NCBI RefSeq assembly: GCF_009914755.1
Contig: NC_060938.1
Origin: the human T2T-CHM13v2.0 reference genome, Homo sapiens
Reading direction: 5' to 3' (one strand)
DNA: 64,000 nucleotides
In this document: positions 13,361 to 34,435 of the stretch, piece after piece
How the letters are laid out: every line of letters starts with the position of its first letter
How positions within the stretch are numbered: the stretch's first letter is position 1
The notes under the pieces: model-generated
Told to the model about the DNA's origin: nothing
Databases searched by the model: none
Seen by the model: the letters and a program-made list of their open reading frames with translations, nothing else
Position numbers and translations under genes: made by a program

Positions 13361-15329
13361 CATCTGCTGAATATATTATTTTCACTAATAAAAATCCTCT
13401 TTTCTTGGAAGTGTCTACTATACATATTTAAATACATCTCAATTAAATTTGCTTCAGAGGAACAAATTCTTCTTCATACGTTATATATACTACGTTCACT
13501 TCCCAACAGACTCCACCAGTGTTGGGAAGAAAGGCAGGTATCTGCAACTCTGAAGGCTGTGTGCACAGGGCATGCCGCAGGTGGGTTCTCAATGAGCCGC
13601 TCCACATGGGATGCGAGGCTTCTGGCCAAGAGCACGTCTATTAACAGCACTTTTGGGGACATCTAACAGACTCTCCCACGTCCACCAGTTTTTCTGCATT
13701 CTTTTCTCATGAAAAAAGAGTGAAAGGCAGAAAGAGAGAGGGAGAGTTGGAAGGATGAGAGGATGGAAGGATGGAGGGAAAGAGGGAGGGAGGGAGGGGA
13801 AATGAAGACCAACACTCCTGGAAGCAGAAGCAGACCCAGCCCTTCCCCTACCCTCCCCATGACCAGGGCACTCAGAAGCGCTCACTCGACCTCACAAACT
13901 TTTCACCATGGCTTCCTGCCTCCACTCCCTTCTGTGAGTCACCCATGTAAATAAAAGATGACCAGTTTTATGACAAGGAAGACTTGAAGCAATGCATACA
14001 GGACAAATGTATGAAGAGAAGCTCAAGGAGGTTGTGTAACAAGCTCTATACCTGGCTGCCGGGAAGAAATGGATTAAAGACAAGGATAATTACACTACTT
14101 TATTTAGACTGGAACAAACTGGTTCTTCTCCCCAAAAATCTCATCATTTAGGCTTAACTTTTTTGGTTTGGGAATGGAAGGCAGGGCAATTCAGAGAAAT
14201 GGAGAAATGATTATATAGGAAAATGTTTAAGGCAAATAACCATAATTTCACATACACACGAAAAATGTCCCAAGTGGCCTGAGACAGGCTAGGAAGACAC
14301 AGAAGAGAGTAAGGAGGCGCCGAGACACGCCACAACAGGTGTTCTATGGACCGAGTTAGCAGGAATGCAACGACCAGAGTCCAGGCTAAACAGGACCTGG
14401 TTGCCAGGAATTCCCTATAAAACAGGGATGTTTTTCCAGGGGCCACCCCAGGACCACCAACACAGTACACTCTGAGAAGACAGGCCGAGGAGGGGTCTCC
14501 GGAAGGCCATCTTCCTTGTATACCTTCCAGGGGCCATTTGCACGCACTGGGGGTCATCTGCGCCGTATAATTCTGTATTTAAAACATGTGGTGGTGGTTG
14601 ATTTTTTTTTTTTAAGTGAACTTGCTGTTTGTGTGAGGAAAGCTCTCCTGACAGAAGAGCACTGGAGGTTCAGGGCAAGGGCTGACCTATGGCTCCCAAC
14701 CGCCGAGGCCTTTAGATGGGCAGATGCCCAGGCCAACTGAGAGAGCTGACGGTCCCCATGGGCCACTGTGCTGGGACTGCCTATGTCCATTCTCCTCTAA
14801 TGGCACAGCGGGGAGCAGCGGCGTCTTCAGGGGAGAGTCAGGCACAGCGCTGAGAAGCAGCTCTAGGCTCCCCCAAGTGCATTTTCTCCCAGCTGCTGAG
14901 ATTCTGGCTAAAATCAGTGGCATCCAGCAGGTGTGGGTGAAAGAGCCATGGTGAATTGCAGGCTTTATGTCTCCCTTCCAGCTCTTCCTCTGACACTGAA
15001 AAGGGAGGCTGCTTCTGTCCCTCACCGTACCATTTCTGAGTGATGTCAACTCCCACTTCCATCCGTTCCCCTTGTGGAACTTCCTGCTGCAAAACCAGCA
15101 GAGGTCTGATTCCCACAGCAGGTGTGCCTCAGCCTCCAGAGCACAGTCCACCACCTGGGGTGTGGCTCCAGAGCCACTCTGACCGCCAGATCTTCTCTCC
15201 GAGGTTTTCTTTTCTTTTTTTCCTTTTTGTCAGATTTCCTCTACTTCATCTTCTGCCTCTTCTACTCAACTTTCTACTTTAGCTTTTATTTTCCAAGACT
15301 TTTTGTTTTCTACATATTCTTTTTCTTAA

Positions 15330-15702
<373 letters not shown>

Positions 15703-16300
15703 ATGTTCTCTCTCTGAAACCCTTTGTGTCATTCATGATCTCTGCCTTTCCGGATATCATCAGGGGCTGACCTCTCAGGAAGGAGCTGTACCCACCTGTG
15801 AGGGGCACCCACAGGGTCCTGGTCTGCCACTGATTTCCTCACCCGGAAGGCTTTTGGGGTCCAGCTGCGGAAACCAGGCAGCAGCTGTGAAACCTGCAGA
15901 CCCCCGCCTGCGGGGTGGGATCCCCACAGCACCCGACTAACCCCAGGAAGGGGCCCAAGCGGCAGCACAGTGGCACGGGCTCCAAACCATGCTGTAACGT
16001 CAGCCACGCCGTAAAGTTGGCCACACCGTAACATCGGCCAGCGGCACCACTCTGGCGCCAATGACATTTCTTTCTGACCCTACCAAATGTTCACAATGCC
16101 CCCACCTGAGACTGGGGTAAGACAGGCCTCCTAGAAAAATCTCTGTTCTATTTTTAGATTGCATCTGGGCACTCAGTCTGAATAATGAGTTAATTTGGGG
16201 GGAAAAATAAAGTTTTAAAATTACATATTTTGATGTCTACTATGCCCGGACGTCAAACGACTGAGCAAAGCTTCTACACAGCCAATTAAGAGAATGAGGA

Positions 16301-18380
<2,080 letters not shown>

Positions 18381-19091
18381 TGAAAAGGATGATGTGGGAG
18401 AAAGGAAGACAGTTTGGAAGTATATGTGAGAGAGATGGGTGACAGAGAGAAAGAGGTAATTATGTAAAAGAGTTAAAATTTCAATTTCATAGATGTGATC
18501 TAAAGCCAAAAAAGAAAAGAAAGAAATTAGCAATATAAACCTGTGACTTAAGACACATGAAGGCAGATGCTGGAAAAATAATTTTACAAATTTACAATAG
18601 TTACCTGACCAAGTGTAATCAGCGGGGCCAGGGCTGGGCTTGGTTTTGGTTGGAGGCTCTATAGAACTGTTTGACTTTTTAAACCTATTACCATAAAATT
18701 ATCTTGTAATAAAAATACAAGTAAAACTAGTTTTTAAAAACAACGAAAACCAAAACAAACCACAGGACTGAATCTTTGAGTCTCAGGACAAGAGGGATGT
18801 GAAGATGTGGACTCAGTGGCTGAGTCACTGGGGAGCTGCCCTCCCAGCCGAGAAGGCAGAGGGGGCCCCTGAGAGCAGGAGACGGAGCTGCTTTAGGCCT
18901 CTGCCCCACACGCTCTCTCAGCTCAACTCCTGCAAGTCGCAGTGATGGAAGCCTCTTCCTCAAGCCCTATTTCCTTTGTGAGTGTCCTGGGGCCCTTCAG
19001 GGGTCAGCACGGCACAGAGAAGACCAGAGTTGAGAAAGAATGTGGGGACAGAGGGCCCCAGGCCCCACACGAGACATTTCAGGGTGGTAAG

Positions 19092-19517
19092 GACAGAGGA
19101 CCCTGAGCCCCACGTGAGCCCCAGGGAGCACAGGCATTTTAGGGAGGGGGTCTTGGGCGGTAGAGACAGAGGACCCCGGGGCCCACGTGAGCCCCAGGGA
19201 GCACAGGCATTTTAGGGAGGGGGTCTTGGGCGGTAGAGACAGAGGACCCCGGGGCCCACGTGAGCCCCAGGGAGCACAAGCATTTTAGGGAGGGGGTCTT
19301 GGGCGGTAGAGACAGAGGACCCCGGGGCCCACGTGAGCCCCAGGGAGCACAGGCATTTTAGGGAGGGGGTCTTGGGCGGTAGAGACAGAGGACCCCGGGG
19401 CCCACGTGAGCCCCAGGGAGCACAAGCATTTTAGGGAGGGGGTCTTGGGCGGTAGAGACAGAGGACCCCGGGGCCCACGTGAGCCCCAGGGAGCACAGGC
19501 ATTTTAGGGAGGGGGTC
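19092..19517. repeat. VNTR, 73-bp unit x ~6, intron 5
   Basis: CACGTG recurs at 19111, 19184, 19257, 19330, 19403 and 19476 (period 73); copies nearly identical. Confidence 0.97.
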
Positions 19518-19795
19518 TCAGACGGGGAGAAGTTGAGTCAATGTCAAATAAATATCAAAAGACACAGTGGCTTCGGCTGACAGCAGACCATGACAACTGC
19601 AACAATGAGAGCTGGGATCCACCGGCTGCTGGGGCTGGAAGACGGTGATGTGGGCAAATCAGTCTGTGCTGCGGCAGCTCAAAGTGGGGACTCGCTACCT
19701 ACATGGCTTCTTGGGACGGCCTGGACTTGGGAGCTCTGAAAGGAGTCTTTTAACAATTAAACGTGGTTTCCATAAAATATATCAGAAGCCGGTTA

Positions 19796-19945
<150 letters not shown>

Positions 19946-22900
19946 CTACAAATTGGAAAGAGAAGGGGAGAGAATACCACATTTAGTCACCACTAAACCT
20001 GACAGTTACAGGCCAGTCTTCCATGGCGAGGTTCTCAGGCTCCAGGTCTGGCTCGTGGCATCTCAGCTGCTCTTCTGTCACCCAAGACCCTCCTTCTGGA
20101 ACATGCGCCCCGATGCGTCCACGACGCCGCCATCTTCAGGGGTGCATATGGCAGAGAGTGGACTTCAGTAAGTGATGTATTTAATCAATGGGAGGAATGA
20201 TGAAAGGGCTTGAGGTTGGAGAGGGCACTCTAAAAGCTAGTGACCCAAAGCAGAAGCACAGTTAATAGCCCATCAATCCTATGGGTTTAAAAATAATTCT
20301 CCAGGCCCTCATGTTATGTGAGGACGACACCAGACCAGAGAAGGGAGGCAAAGTAGTTAACATCACACATGGTATCAGCAGTTCTTATTGGAAAGATTAT
20401 ATCATAAAAGAGCCGAAAGATAATTACTTATAGGTTCACTCCAACAGAAACCTCAGAAAAGCTCCTACTTAAGTAGAAATTGGAGTAATGGGAGAAAAAA
20501 CATCTGCTAACAGGGCTGAGCCCGTCACTTCCCCGCGAGTTCCCTCGCCACCGGGCCAGCCGTGTGCTGGGAGTGGGCGACCCCGAGGTGAGCCTGCGTA
20601 GAGCTCTGCCTGAGGACAGCCTGTCTCTTGCAGCACTCAGAAAGCTCAGACCACAAAGCCCACAGTCTGTGGAGGCCCCAGTGGGGAGATCTCACAGGTC
20701 AGAGAGGCCCAGGACAGGCAAGACCATCACAGCCAGAGTCAGGGTGGCAGCCAACACCTCCATCTCTGGGGCCGCTGTGCCTCAGTGAATGCTGGGGAAG
20801 CACGTGGCCTGAACCTCACAGGAGCCGCCTTCCTTGGTGCAAATTTCCTGTGAAGAGATGGATGCTGTGGTCTGGACAGCTAGCTTTTAACTAACCCGCA
20901 CAGGGAGTAAACGCCCTGTTTATCAGCCGGGGCAGGGACCCTGTAATATTTATGGAGAACCTAATCATATCAGCTGCTGTCACCATGAAGGCCCACGCTC
21001 GGGCCCAGGCTGTGAGACACAGGCCAGTGCTGTCCTGTTCACGCTCCCACCTGCCCTTGCCTCTGGCACCAAGACCCCATCGACACGGGAGGCTTGGGGA
21101 TGGGCCCGGGGTCTCCCAGCAAGCAAGGACAGAGCAAAGACCTGGGCCCAACAGTCAGACTCCACGCCCATCACATTCAACCAGACTGCAGTGTCTCCAA
21201 AGGAAGGGAAGCACCACACCGGTGGGCTTGTCTGAGGAAGGGAGCGGCCCAGCTAATCAGAGGAAACGACAGAAGCCTTCATTTTAGGTCCCTGCTCTCA
21301 ACAGAATCTTTACCAGCAAACTCTCATCCCTTCCAAGCCTCTCCACAGCTGTCCCACCCTGTGGAGTCTTCCTCAAGCCTCCCTGCCACCGCCAAGGGCA
21401 GCCCCAGCCTCCCCGCCCTGGCTCAGGCACTGCCCGTCCTTCCCCGCCGAGTTTTTCAATTTGTTCATTCGCTCGTGCACCCTCACTGTGGCCCCGCCAG
21501 CCCCTCTGGCAACAGGGGTGCTGGCATGCACGAGACAGCGAGGTCCCTGGCTCAGCAGAGCTCACACTGGGGGCGGGAGAGACCGTGGCCAGCATGGAGA
21601 GCAGGCAGTGGTGAGCGCCAGCTGACCGCAGGCCGCCTGGTGAGGTGCCCAGGCCAGAGGTTGCCAAGCAGAGGCCTGAGGGGAGCCGCGGTCGTGCTCC
21701 AGATGAAGGGGTGCGTGCAAAGCGGCTAGGAGGAAAGTGGCAGCGGCACCCTGGAGCCTGCCAAAAGGGGAGGGCCGGCCACAGTGGGGGCTGCAGCCCC
21801 ACACTCAGAGCAGTGAGTGGGTGATGTTCCCCAGCTACGTTCAGAAGCCCAGGCACCGAGGTGCCACTGCGTGTGGAGGGCGATGCAGAGGGGGCGGTGG
21901 ATGCACACTGCAGGCATTCCAGAGGGAGCGGCCCCGGCAGCTGACGGACACACACGGGGCCAGGGGAGATGCGGTGAACGAACGGCCAGGCCCTCGGGCC
22001 CCTAAGGAAGGCCGTGGGGTCGAGTCAAGCCCTTACTAGCTGAGCCCCAGCCGCGTCCACGTCTGCCGAGAACTCTAAGAGGAGGAGCTTCCTACAGCAG
22101 CACTGGGTCTGATCAACGGTCTCCTGGAGCATGGTCTCTGAGGAAAGCTAACGCGGGAGCTCGTGAGGCAGACGGCGGAGGCCCACTCCAGAATGAGAAT
22201 CAGACCTAGTCTGTCCTGTCACAGAACGCGGGGTGCTGAGTTAAGCCAGTAAGTTTTAGTTAGCAGTCAAACAGGTTTAATTTTGATAAAACTCTGTGAG
22301 ATAGCTCCAATAGAAACTGTAGCAGAACCCGCTCTGTGGGTGGTCAGAGGAACCCACGTTTCCATATCGCTATGAGAGGCACCTGACACCAGCCTGCACT
22401 CGGGCCAGCCTCACAACCATAGGAAGAGGAACTGGCCTAACCCTCAACGCCCCCGCTCAAGGTGGCAGGTGTGCACCGCAGAAGCCGGCCCTGCAGTCAC
22501 GGGCCAGAAAGCTTCCAAGGCCTCGCCTTCGTTTTCTCATCCTTAATTTTCATGGTACGTCTACCTGGGCAACTCCAAAATCTCAAGAACATGGAATCTT
22601 CACAGGGGCTCCTAACTGACGTGTGTTAACTTAGAATAAACCTGGCAACACCTAACATTTCAGATGGCAGCACGCTATGCTAATTTAAAAAAATATTAGA
22701 AACAAAACAAGCATCATCATCTTCCTTTGTACAGATCCCAGTTGCCTGTACTCCCTGGAAACTTCACTCAGTTCTTATCGAAAGTGGAAATGAACTGGAG
22801 ACAGTCCACCGGGGTCCTGGGAGCAGGGACACTGAGCAGGAAGCGGGGGGGTTTATGTGGAGGTGGCCCCAGAGCAGGGGATCCGGAACCTGCTCGCCAG

Positions 22901-24060
22901 GCTGGGGCTGGGTCTTGGTCACAGGTGCTGTCATCCATGTGGTCACTTTGGGCAAGTGACTTCGCCTCCCTCTGCCCCAGACACCCCCTTATGAAACAGT
23001 GGAATCACTGGGTCGTTGGGAAGACGGACGGGGACCCCTGTGGGCCTGAAACATCCTAAGTGCTCAACAAACACCAGCTGCCCCCTCTGCTGGGCAAACA
23101 CATATATATAAAGTCTACATAAGTACACATTTTTCCCTAATCCTGGGTGTTCAAATCTCAGGGCTTTCTCTGATGCTTCAAGGGCTCCTTTAGGGTGAAT
23201 GGAAGGATCCCACACTACTCCATCTGCTGTGAACCAATGGAGCGCACAACCCAGGAGCTTCAGGTGGACACGCACGTTGGCTGCCAAGGAAAAGGAAGCC
23301 TCGGGTCCCTGCTCTGAGGCTTGGTGACCACAGCGACCACGCCCCTCTCGCCACCACTGCAGAAACAGTGCCATTGGGAATGAGTTGGGCTGAGACCTCC
23401 TTCTCTGAGGTCTGCCCGCGTCACGTCCACCCAGAGCTCCAGCAGTGGACACTTTCAGGTTCAGGCAAACCTAGAGTCACTCTAGGAATAAAAAGTCCTG
23501 AACAAGGCGGTCTGCGGGTCACTCAGCGGCCAAGACCAAGGGCTGGTTTCCCCTTCACCGCCAAGTCAGCTGCCTTAGAGTGCCGTGGAGGCGAACACGC
23601 TTGACAATGCACATGCATGTGCGTCACGAGGCTGGTCCATCTGTCCTGAAAGCAAGCCCTGTTTAAATCGGAAAAATACACAGGCAGCGTGGAGACTAAG
23701 AGTCACCTAAAACCTGTCGAAAGGGCCTGGGGCACCCCCCCCACCGCGGGAAGACAGGAGGACTGCAGGCCCACGAGAGGCACTCCCGGACTCAGCCCTA
23801 GCTGAGATGGAGGCAAAAACATCCACGTGGCTTAATCCCCACTGCGGTTCCTTATTCTCAATAATCCAAGATTGAAAGTGTTTCAAACTCCCAGCTGATT
23901 TAAATGTAATAAACCCAGCAAACAAACGAATCAGCTTCTCTAGTGATTAGAAAAAAACAAAGTCCTTACTTCCACATGTGTATTTTAAAGAAGTTCTACC
24001 TGACAATTACTGCATGAAAACAAGCCCCGCCGTTTTATCGAGTCCAATACACATTTTTTA

Positions 24061-24519
<459 letters not shown>

Positions 24520-24858
24520 TTAGATTCACCCCACCCTTATGTGGATTCCTGACTGGGCTCCTCCCACCTGGCACCTCCTGACTCCTCTACCAGATCAACC
24601 TCTGCCAAGTATCGATGGCATGGGCAGCCCCACGTGTCTGCCCTCTCCGTCCTATACCCACTACTGAGCTGCTGTGCAGCTGGCAGAAGGCGCACACGTT
24701 TGCTGAAATCACAGTATAGTGATGACACAATTGTCACAGATTCCACTAGGGAGGCCTACAGCCAGCAGCACAGGGCAAGAGGCTGCCCTCTACCCTGCTA
24801 CGTCTTCCAAAAGAGTTTTAATGCCCAGGTGGCATCTCCGTTTAAAAGTCACCAGGCC

Positions 24859-26268
<1,410 letters not shown>

Positions 26269-28661
26269 ATGGCTGTTGCAGCTGTGTCCCAGTTCTACTA
26301 ATGACAACATGACAAGCGGTCAACATTCAGCTTGCTAATGTCCAGACATGCAGAGACCAGCAATTCTGGAATCATCACAACCCCTCTGCCAACAGCCACC
26401 TCAGCCACAAGGGCCTGGTGAAGGGACAACTAAAGAAAACCTGAGCCTCAGTGTGCCTGACCTCCTGTCTTCCAGAACGCGCCCCCAAAAAGAAATGGTG
26501 ATGGAGTGCTGAGTCCCAGGTGAGGTGAGACCGTGGGCTCAGGAGGCCGGGGCTGCCCCGAGGATCTGCGGCACCTGTGCCAACGCCTCCAGGAGACGCT
26601 CCCTGAAGCTCTGCCTGGCAGCTAGCTGCCCAGAGCATTTAGGAAAAACCCATTCTTAAACTGGGGACTGCCTGCAAGGTGACCTGCTGACAGGAAACTT
26701 ATGTATTATCCAGCAGTTTTGTTTAAGGAGCAGAGAGAGAAACTTTTAGTATTTTTTAACCAAGTAAGATGAAATAAAGACCTTGCCTGGTAGAAAAATT
26801 ATAAACTACACTGCTTAGCAACTCTTCTACTGACCAACCTCTTAATTCATGCTTTTAAGAAAATTTTTTATAAATCAGTATTATAAAATTTAATGCTTAA
26901 AATAAGTCTATGATATAAAAATAAAAAGATAAATTATTTGCAACTAGCACCATATTTATTTTTATATCTCTTACACACATATACTCTAGTATAATCACCG
27001 CGACTGGCAAACATTCTTGAGCTTTTCTGAGCATGCCAATTAAACTGGATCTGTGTCACCAGATTCAAATTAAATCAGCAATATTTACTCTTTTTAAATG
27101 TACTCATCCACCATGACATTTAGGTAAATACCAAACACCTGATACCTCTCTACACTTTCATGTAACAGTAGCTACTTTTTCCCCTAAAAATTTGCTCCAA
27201 TAACATTCCTGTGTTTGCCACTGTTTGGGGCGGGGAAAGGGCTGCTGGGGCTGAGGGCAGGCCCAGCGGAAGCACACAGTGAGATGACTGAGTGAAGATG
27301 GAGGAAAAGAGAGCAAAGGCTTCTCCCAAAGAAGGAAGGGAGACCGTGTACACCCCAGAAGCTGGGAGACCCAGGGGGCCGAAGCAATCACAGGCCACCG
27401 ACATTTTGAGACCAGGGTAACTACAAAATGGTGCTAACTCTGTCAACCAACACGCGTTCAGTGAGCAACAAATGGTTGTGAGACCTTGTGCTGGGTGCCA
27501 TAGCAGGGAAAGGGGAAATGGGTGCAGAGCGGGGGAGGGAAAAGCCAGAATGACTGAGTCACGAGGAACCGATAACACCCACCAAGTTAATAAAACCCAG
27601 GGCCCCAGAGAGATCTGGCCCGAATCGATGGTTGTACTGTTGTCGGCCCAAGGTGGCAACCATCATGGGCAGCACAGGCACAAATTCCAGGACCAAAGAG
27701 GAAAGCGTCACCTCAAATTACTAGAAGGGTGAGAGGAGTAAGAGGAGAGGGTCTAGAAACCCAAGAAGGACTTCCCAAAATGAGGAGGTGGCCACGTCGA
27801 GAGGTTCAACTCCAGAAGCAAGCGCTGACCGCAGGGCTGAGCAGCCTAGAGCCACCGCAGCGCTGCCAGGCACAGGCCTCGCTCAGGGCGGGTCAGAGAC
27901 ACACGGGGCCACAGCAAACCATTGTGATGAATGGCAGCCTGCAAGGAGGGGACTGCCAAGTGCCTTCTGGCAGAGGCGGGAGTCACGGGAGAGGATGGAG
28001 CATGATGGACGGAGCAGATCTGAAGCAGGAAGCAGGTCAACTGGCCAGGAAGGGCCTGGGCTCTGAGTGCAGGGGAGGGGAAGACAACAGGGCGGGTGAG
28101 GACAGAAACTCAAGATGGCCAGAGAGGAAAAGCGTGGGCTCCCCAGCAGGCCTGGCCTGCCTTAGGCAGGCAGGAGGGAGACCAATGGCAGAGCACGCGG
28201 CTGTAGAGGTGGGGTCAGAGGCATGGAATGGCCACCAAGAAGACTGACACGGAACTAAGAAAAAGGAGCTGATCAAAGCCTGCTGGGCAGTGGTCCACTT
28301 CATTTCTAATCGTGAGGATCCTCTAGGTGGGAATCTAAAGACCTATTCTGTATGTGAGCAGGGTCCAAACGTGTTAATTCCTTTTGTGTATGGAGCAGAA
28401 CTGCAATCAATGCTGAAACTCTCCCGATGCTTTTTATTTGCCTTTACAGTAAACAGGACCCGCCAACATTCTCGAGGGTGCACTCTCAGGAACAGTGTCC
28501 AGCAAGCAAGTGGTCGCTGAGGCGGGGAGCAGCAGGCGCCAGGGAGGAGACTGAGACCTCCTCAAAAGAGAGTGCTCGCTCTGTCCGGGGGGCAGGGAGG
28601 CCCAGGGCTGTGGGGTGGCTGCAGCTTTTCCCCAGCTGGCTTCACAGTCACTTTCTGCTCA

Positions 28662-28850
<189 letters not shown>

Positions 28851-30094
28851 CTAAACTGTAGTGAAATCCTAACAGCCCAGGAGCCTGTGAAACCAGCAGT
28901 GACCGAAAGCCAAGTTTCCCACCTAGCATGTGCCAGTTCCTGCATCAAGAACCTTTTCTTCACAGAGAAAGGGACCGGCCACGTGGGCTCCGGAGTTTCA
29001 CTCCTGCAAATTCACCCCTTTATGGCTCGGGTTCCACCACTACAGGAGGTTAATGGCAGGACCGGACTCCTGAGACACCTATGAGGACCCATGAGCACTG
29101 ACAGTTAATGTGCCCAGCACACTGTGGGGCACAGTCAGCACTCAGCGCGCGGCCACCAGCCACATTCTTTAAAGAACAATTCAAGTGCCACCTCCTTCAG
29201 GAAGTCCTCTTGGACTTTCCAGTTTCTACCAAATCTTGAATAAGCTCTGCCATCACTACCAACACCCGTCAAGATGTCTGCACCATTGTCTGGTGCATTC
29301 CACCCTACGTAAGTCACTCACACACGGGCCCAAGTCTCCAACTCAGCACTTCCTGTAAGCTACTCACTGGCAGTGACAGCGGCTTCCATACCTTCTGGCT
29401 GCCAATGGCAAGCAGCCAGCATGTCCCCGTGCCTGCAGCAGCCATGGCCTGAAGAGGTCTTAAATGGCAGTATCATCTACCTGCCTGTTTCTAACATCAA
29501 ATACCACACAGTCACATCGTAGAGTCACTGTGAGAGCTGCCATTCACCAGGCACATTCTGCGTGCCAGAGACGGTGTTGAGCCGCGCATCCGCACCCCCA
29601 CTTCACCCTCACAGCGACCCCAGCTGCGGGGGATTTCTAAAATCCATCTTGTACAGATATGGACTCTGAGGCTCCAAGGGAACAAGACCAAGGAGGGAAT
29701 CCAAGAAGCAAAGGCCGCATGGAAAGGACAGGCTCCCTTCAATCAGAGGAGCTCAAAAAGCGATCAATGTTATCTTCTTTGAAACTCACACAAAACTGAG
29801 TTTTGCATTAAGTTTTTGGCAAAAAAGAGTACTAAAAATAACCGTAAACCATTCTGTTAAAACAATTTTCTCTCTCATTCCTTCATTTCCCTTGGTCGTC
29901 TCTCTGCCCTGGTGTGCCTCTCCCTCCCTCCTAAATGCATTCTGGAAAGTCCTGCCATGGCTGAAGGGCTCTGTGTGGCCTGGGCCCTGCTCACCTCCAA
30001 AGCCCCCATGCCTGGCACAGCTCAATGCTTGGTAGCAGACAGACAGGCAATCACTTAATGCAATCTGTTTTTACTTTTAAAAGGCTTTCTCAAC

Positions 30095-31998
<1,904 letters not shown>

Positions 31999-32322
31999 AC
32001 ATCTGAAGAAACTATTTTTGGTCCCAACAATCTCCCAGGTCAGTCAGAAGCTTTCGAGTCTCCTTTCTCTTCATTCTATCTTTCAGATTTTCTCCCCAGC
32101 TCCTTGGGAGGCCGAGGCGGGGAGATCACTTGAGCCCAGGAGTTCAAAGCCAGCCTGGGCAACATGGTGAGACCTCATCTTAGAAAGAGAGAGAGGAAAA
32201 AACAAACTCTCCAAATAATACTAATTACCTCATCCCCAAACCAATGTATAGGTGCACAAAAAGGTGAAATGGAAGCTGCTGATGTTTTGGCAATTTAGGC
32301 AAAGTTAACAAAATGAAGTTTA

Positions 32323-32448
<126 letters not shown>

Positions 32449-32605
32449 TTAGTCTAATCAGTTCATACTATATAAAAATTTAATTGAGTGGGGTGTTGCA
32501 CTAAGTTATACTTTTAAAAAAGTTTGTTTGAAAATATTTAATATCTGACATGTTTTGGAAAGTGAGCACTTATACCAATGGACACAGATGTGGATCCTGA
32601 GCAAC

Positions 32606-32664
32606 TGCAGCCACGCACTGGGTAACACTGTTGCAGCCACGCACTGGGTAACACTGTTGCAGCC
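32606..32664. repeat. 26-bp perfect tandem duplication (tgcagccacgcactgggtaacactgt x2.3)
   Basis: Seen directly. Confidence 0.9.
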
Positions 32665-33285
32665 GACGACGGACCACATACAGAACAGTGATCCCACAAG
32701 ATTTATACTACTGTATTTTTACCAAATCTTTCCTATGTTTAGATACATAAATATGGCCAGGCGCGGTGGCTCATGGCTGTAATCCCAGCACCTTACGAGG
32801 CTGAGGCAGGAGGATCACCTGAGGTCAAGAGTTCGAAACCAGTCAGACCAACATGGTGAAATCTCGTCTCTACTAAAAATACAAAAATTAGCCGGATGTT
32901 GTGGCGGGTGACTGTAATCTCAGCTACTCAGGAGGCTGACACAAGAGAATCGTTTGAACCTAGGCGCCGGAGGTTACAATGAGCCAAGATCGTGCCACTG
33001 CACTCCAGTCTGGGCAACAAAGCAAGACTCCATCTCAGAAAAATAAATAAATAAAAATAGACACACAAAAACCACTGTGCTACAGCTGCCTACAGTGTTC
33101 GGAACTGTCGCACGCTGCACAGGTGTGTAACCCAGGAGCAGTAGGTTGTGCCACATGGCCTAGGTGTGGAGTAGGTTTTGCCATCTGAGTCTGTGACGTG
33201 CTGTTGTCATGTTCGCACAATGACAAAAACCACCTAACCATGCATTTCTCAGGAGGTATCCCCATCGTTATGCAACACACAACAG
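32660..33285. mobile_element. Tigger3/MER7-type (TcMar-Tigger) element interrupted by an Alu (32755-33060)
   Basis: gcatttctcag..atccccatcgtta end motif, cctaggtgtggagtagg and ggaccacata...gatcccacaagatt. Confidence 0.7.
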
Positions 33286-33688
33286 TATACTTCAGTATCT
33301 ATCATAGCAAACATCATCACACAAAAGTCTCCTAGTCAAAGCCAATAGGTGAACACCTATCGAGAGAGCAACTGATGGGTGCCCAAAGCCCACGTACAGG
33401 ACACAAGTGCGTGAGGTGAGTGAGAGCTGAGCTCCACCTGCCTGCACGCAGGAGCCACGGGGCAGCTCAGGGAACACAAGACATTCTCCAAGGCAACACA
33501 AGTGCTGGAGTCTCCCTGGACACCCATGGCGGTCCCGAATAGGTCCTGTGGCGTCTGTAACAGTAATGTCCACCAGTCAGGCACCTTACACTGCTCTTCC
33601 CGGCCTCCTCACGCGGACTCTCTGAGACTAATTCTGTTATTATCCACACTTCACAGATGAGAAAACTCAGCCAGGTTTCTGTGGGCAC

Positions 33689-34105
33689 TGTACTGGGCTG
33701 GATAGTGTCCCCAGCAAAACTCATGTCTGCTCAGAACCTGTGACTGTAACCTCATTTGGAAACGGTCCTTACAGACGTAACCAAGTGAAAATAATGGCAC
33801 CTGCTGGAATAGGGTAGGCCCTAAGTCCAACAAGACTGGTGTCCTTCTAAAAGGAGAGAAGTCAGACTCAGACAGAGGTAAAAAGAGCCAAGTGGGGATG
33901 GAGGCAGAGGCGAGAGTGATGCGGCCGCACACAAGGAGCGCCAAGCATTGGCAGCACCCCCAGAAGCTGAGCGTTCCCCGGAGCCTGCGAGGGACATGGC
34001 CTGGCTGACGCCCTGCCTCTGGACTTCTGGCCTCCAGAGCTGTGAGATAAATATCTGTTGTTTAAGCCCCCCACTTTGTGGCAACTGGTTACATCCCCCA
34101 CAAGA
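33689..34105 (+). mobile_element. MLT1 (MaLR) solo LTR, MLT1B/C-like, inserted in a MIR; followed by AluY 34116-34420
   Basis: TG start tgtactgggctggatagtgtcccc, tggacttctggcctccaga, tgtgagataaat..tgttgtttaagcc; Alu TSD aagctcctaga. Confidence 0.8.
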
Positions 34106-34234
34106 AGCTCCTAGAGGCCAGGCGCAGTGGCTCACACCTGTAATCCCGGCACTTTGGGAGGCCGAGGCGGGCGGATCACGAGGTCAGGAGATCAAGACCA
34201 TCCTGGCTAACACGGTGAAACCCTGTCTCTACTA

Positions 34235-34435
<201 letters not shown>

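Noticed and set aside
21094-22039. Overlapping 211- and 223-aa ORFs in intron 4
   Set aside because: GC-rich intronic DNA with few stop codons; Pro/Ala/Gly/Ser-rich with no domains.
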